From: a virus
Taxonomy: Duplodnaviria; Caudoviricetes
DNA length: 28,084 nucleotides
Strand: one strand, 5' to 3'
Virus record (IMG/VR): IMGVR_UViG_3300025097_000039
Coordinates: 1-28,084 of that record
The notes under the pieces are model-generated. The model saw nothing but the letters and a program-made list of their open reading frames with translations, searched no databases and was not told the DNA's origin. Below, in pieces: positions 26,301 to 28,084 of this stretch. How positions within the stretch are numbered: the first letter of the stretch is position 1; every line of letters starts with the position of its first letter. A program made the position numbers and the translations under genes.

Positions 26301-28084
26301 TATGATGGATGGCCTCAATTGTTGTATGCGGATTCTTCAAATCAAGAGGGATCGATATGCTTAAATCAAAATGAACCTGATAATATATTCCATTGTATGG
26401 ACTGTCATCCAGAAAATTACCCTCAATATTCTGTTAACTATGAATGTACATCTTGTGCTGAATTTGGTGAGTGTTATCTTCCTCCAAATGCACGCTGGGC
26501 ATCAACAATAAATAAACAATCACCATTGATTTTCTTTGATGGTATTGAAAATGACGTTAATTGGAACACAAGAAACACAACACCCGAATCGAATACCTAC
26601 ACAAGAGGTGCTTGTGAATTTATGATGGGTATTTTTAACCCACCAACCGCTCCTGACCTTGATAAAATTGTTTGTTGTACATCAACGCATGGAATTATTG
26701 AAACCGATAATTGGTATGATTGTGTCTCATATGATTATCTTTATAGTGGAAAATATGGTGTGCCACTTTCTCCAAGGTTTACTTCTATAAATGAAGTTCC
26801 TTTAGATATTATAAGCAATTTAGAATGTGGTGATATTTCTTCCGATGGATGTTGTTGTGTTCATACCAGAGGAAATTGTGATTCTGTTTGTGATATTTCG
26901 TGCTTTCCATATGACGAAACGACATGTTTAGTATATAACAATGACCCAAATAATGCAATATGGCATGCTGGTTTATCATGTGATGATAGCCCCTGCCACA
27001 AAGGAACGTATTGTTGTTCCGATGGTTCCTGTGAGGAATACACATATGCCAATTCGGGTGGGGGCTGTGATACTTGTGATCCTGTTAACCAAACGCCATC
27101 TCCTTCGAGCGCTTGTAGTGGAAATATGATATCAGAAAATGATGCTACATGTTGCAGTGATGGTTCTGTTGAATGTGATTTACCTATTTTCGACTGTTTG
27201 GTTGATGATCTTGGTACATGTTGTTGGGTTGAAGAGGGGGATGATATTGATTCTAAGTTAGATCCTACCAGAGGAACTTGTAGTTGTGGTGATCTCATGA
27301 CTATTGAAACTTGCATGGATCTACACCCTCATTTTGGAACCTCATGGCTAGATATAGGTTATTATGATGGTGGCGGTGGGGAGGATTGGGAACACACTGA
27401 TCAGAGGTGTAGTCGATATGGGGATATGATAAATACCGACGACATAGATTGCTTATCGTGTGCTGGTTGTACTGGTTGCTGTCAAATGACAGGAATATTT
27501 TATAATTCATTGCCTTGGGAGATTATGTACTTTGCCGGAGGGGGCTTGGCCACACCTTCTATTCCGTATGGTAGTATGCAGTTTGTTGATGAGAATTCAT
27601 TTTTACATAATTCAGAAGATGTAATACTCCAGCCTGAAAAACTTGAAACAAGTATTAATGAATTTTGCTTTTGGGATGATGCAGAAGTTGGTGATTGGAG
27701 AACCATACTGCATTCTTCGTTCTGGGCTGGTCCACCTATAGCAATATACCCAGCAAAAGATCAAAGTGGTCCCATGGATAATATAGGTCTTGGAAAATAT
27801 AGAAAACCAAAACCAATAGATTATGCACTTGGAGAATGCTGTCTAAATGGTAAATGTTATATGGAACATGGTTGGTGTTGTGGCAACAGTGGATCAAACG
27901 GTTTGGGCGTTCACGCAGACAAAGAAGTCTGTTCAGAACTTTCAGGTATTTATCCTAATATAGATGATTGGGCTTGTATTGATGATTGCGAGCCAATACT
28001 TTCTCAAACAAATTACGATGATGTCCCCAGCCGTTCATGCCGTTCATTTTTTACAAGGTCGTATTGTGAAGATGAAATTGGAGG
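23367..28084 (+). CDS. Long fibre/adhesin 3 (partial, >1570 aa): collagen-like repeat and at least 13 GxCC repeats
   Basis: Absent from the ORF track, presumably because it has no stop in the window. Hand translation runs [31 protein letters not shown]... and stays open through ...RSYCEDEIG at the window end. Confidence 0.9.
   Translation, partial: [1572 protein letters not shown]
23412..23507 (+). repeat. Collagen-like triplets (fibre 3)
   Basis: [32 protein letters not shown]. Confidence 0.85.
24213..25168 (+). repeat. Exact 23-bp direct repeat AATACATCGTTAGGTTGTGGTTT, copies at 24213-24235 and 25146-25168
   Basis: Read directly. Both copies are in the same frame (NTSLGCG) and 933 bp apart. 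Confidence 0.9.

Noticed and set aside
2730-27706. Numerous 60-150 aa ORFs on the minus strand and in alternative + frames
   Set aside because: All lie inside long, coherent + strand genes and have no recognisable motifs, so they look like shadow ORFs. The cluster at 25155-25674 is explained by locally high GC.
1-28084. CRISPR array, tRNA/rRNA, intron or intein, homing endonuclease, integrase, DGR reverse transcriptase
   Set aside because: None was recognised. Intergenic gaps are all under about 50 bp and no diagnostic motifs were seen.

Overview
AT-rich (roughly 35% GC by eye) segment of a T4-like (myovirus) phage genome carrying the late tail/baseplate operon. All full genes are on the + strand and tightly packed in standard code 11. 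Order: gp48-like, gp53, a gp27-like hub protein that appears split into two genes (1851-3803 and 6611-7456) around a 928-aa Cys-rich ORF, gp25, gp6, gp7-like, gp8, a short DUF4815-like protein, two fibre/collar-like proteins, and three paralogous long fibre/adhesin proteins. The three fibres share a GSS start, collagen-like GPT repeats and tandem G-x-C-C cysteine repeats; the two complete ones end in a DUF1566/C-type-lectin-like domain. The third fibre (23367 to window end, >1570 aa) is missing from the supplied ORF track; I translated it by hand and found no stop. The first 12 nt read MAYK on the minus strand, probably the start of a divergent gp4 gene. T4-type late promoter boxes (TATAAATA/TAAATA) precede several genes. 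The main oddities are the split hub with an inserted Cys module where gp5 would be expected, pervasive cysteine enrichment of normally Cys-poor baseplate proteins, and a GC-rich in-frame cassette beside a 23-bp direct repeat in the third fibre. All family calls come from recalled motifs; no database searches were run.
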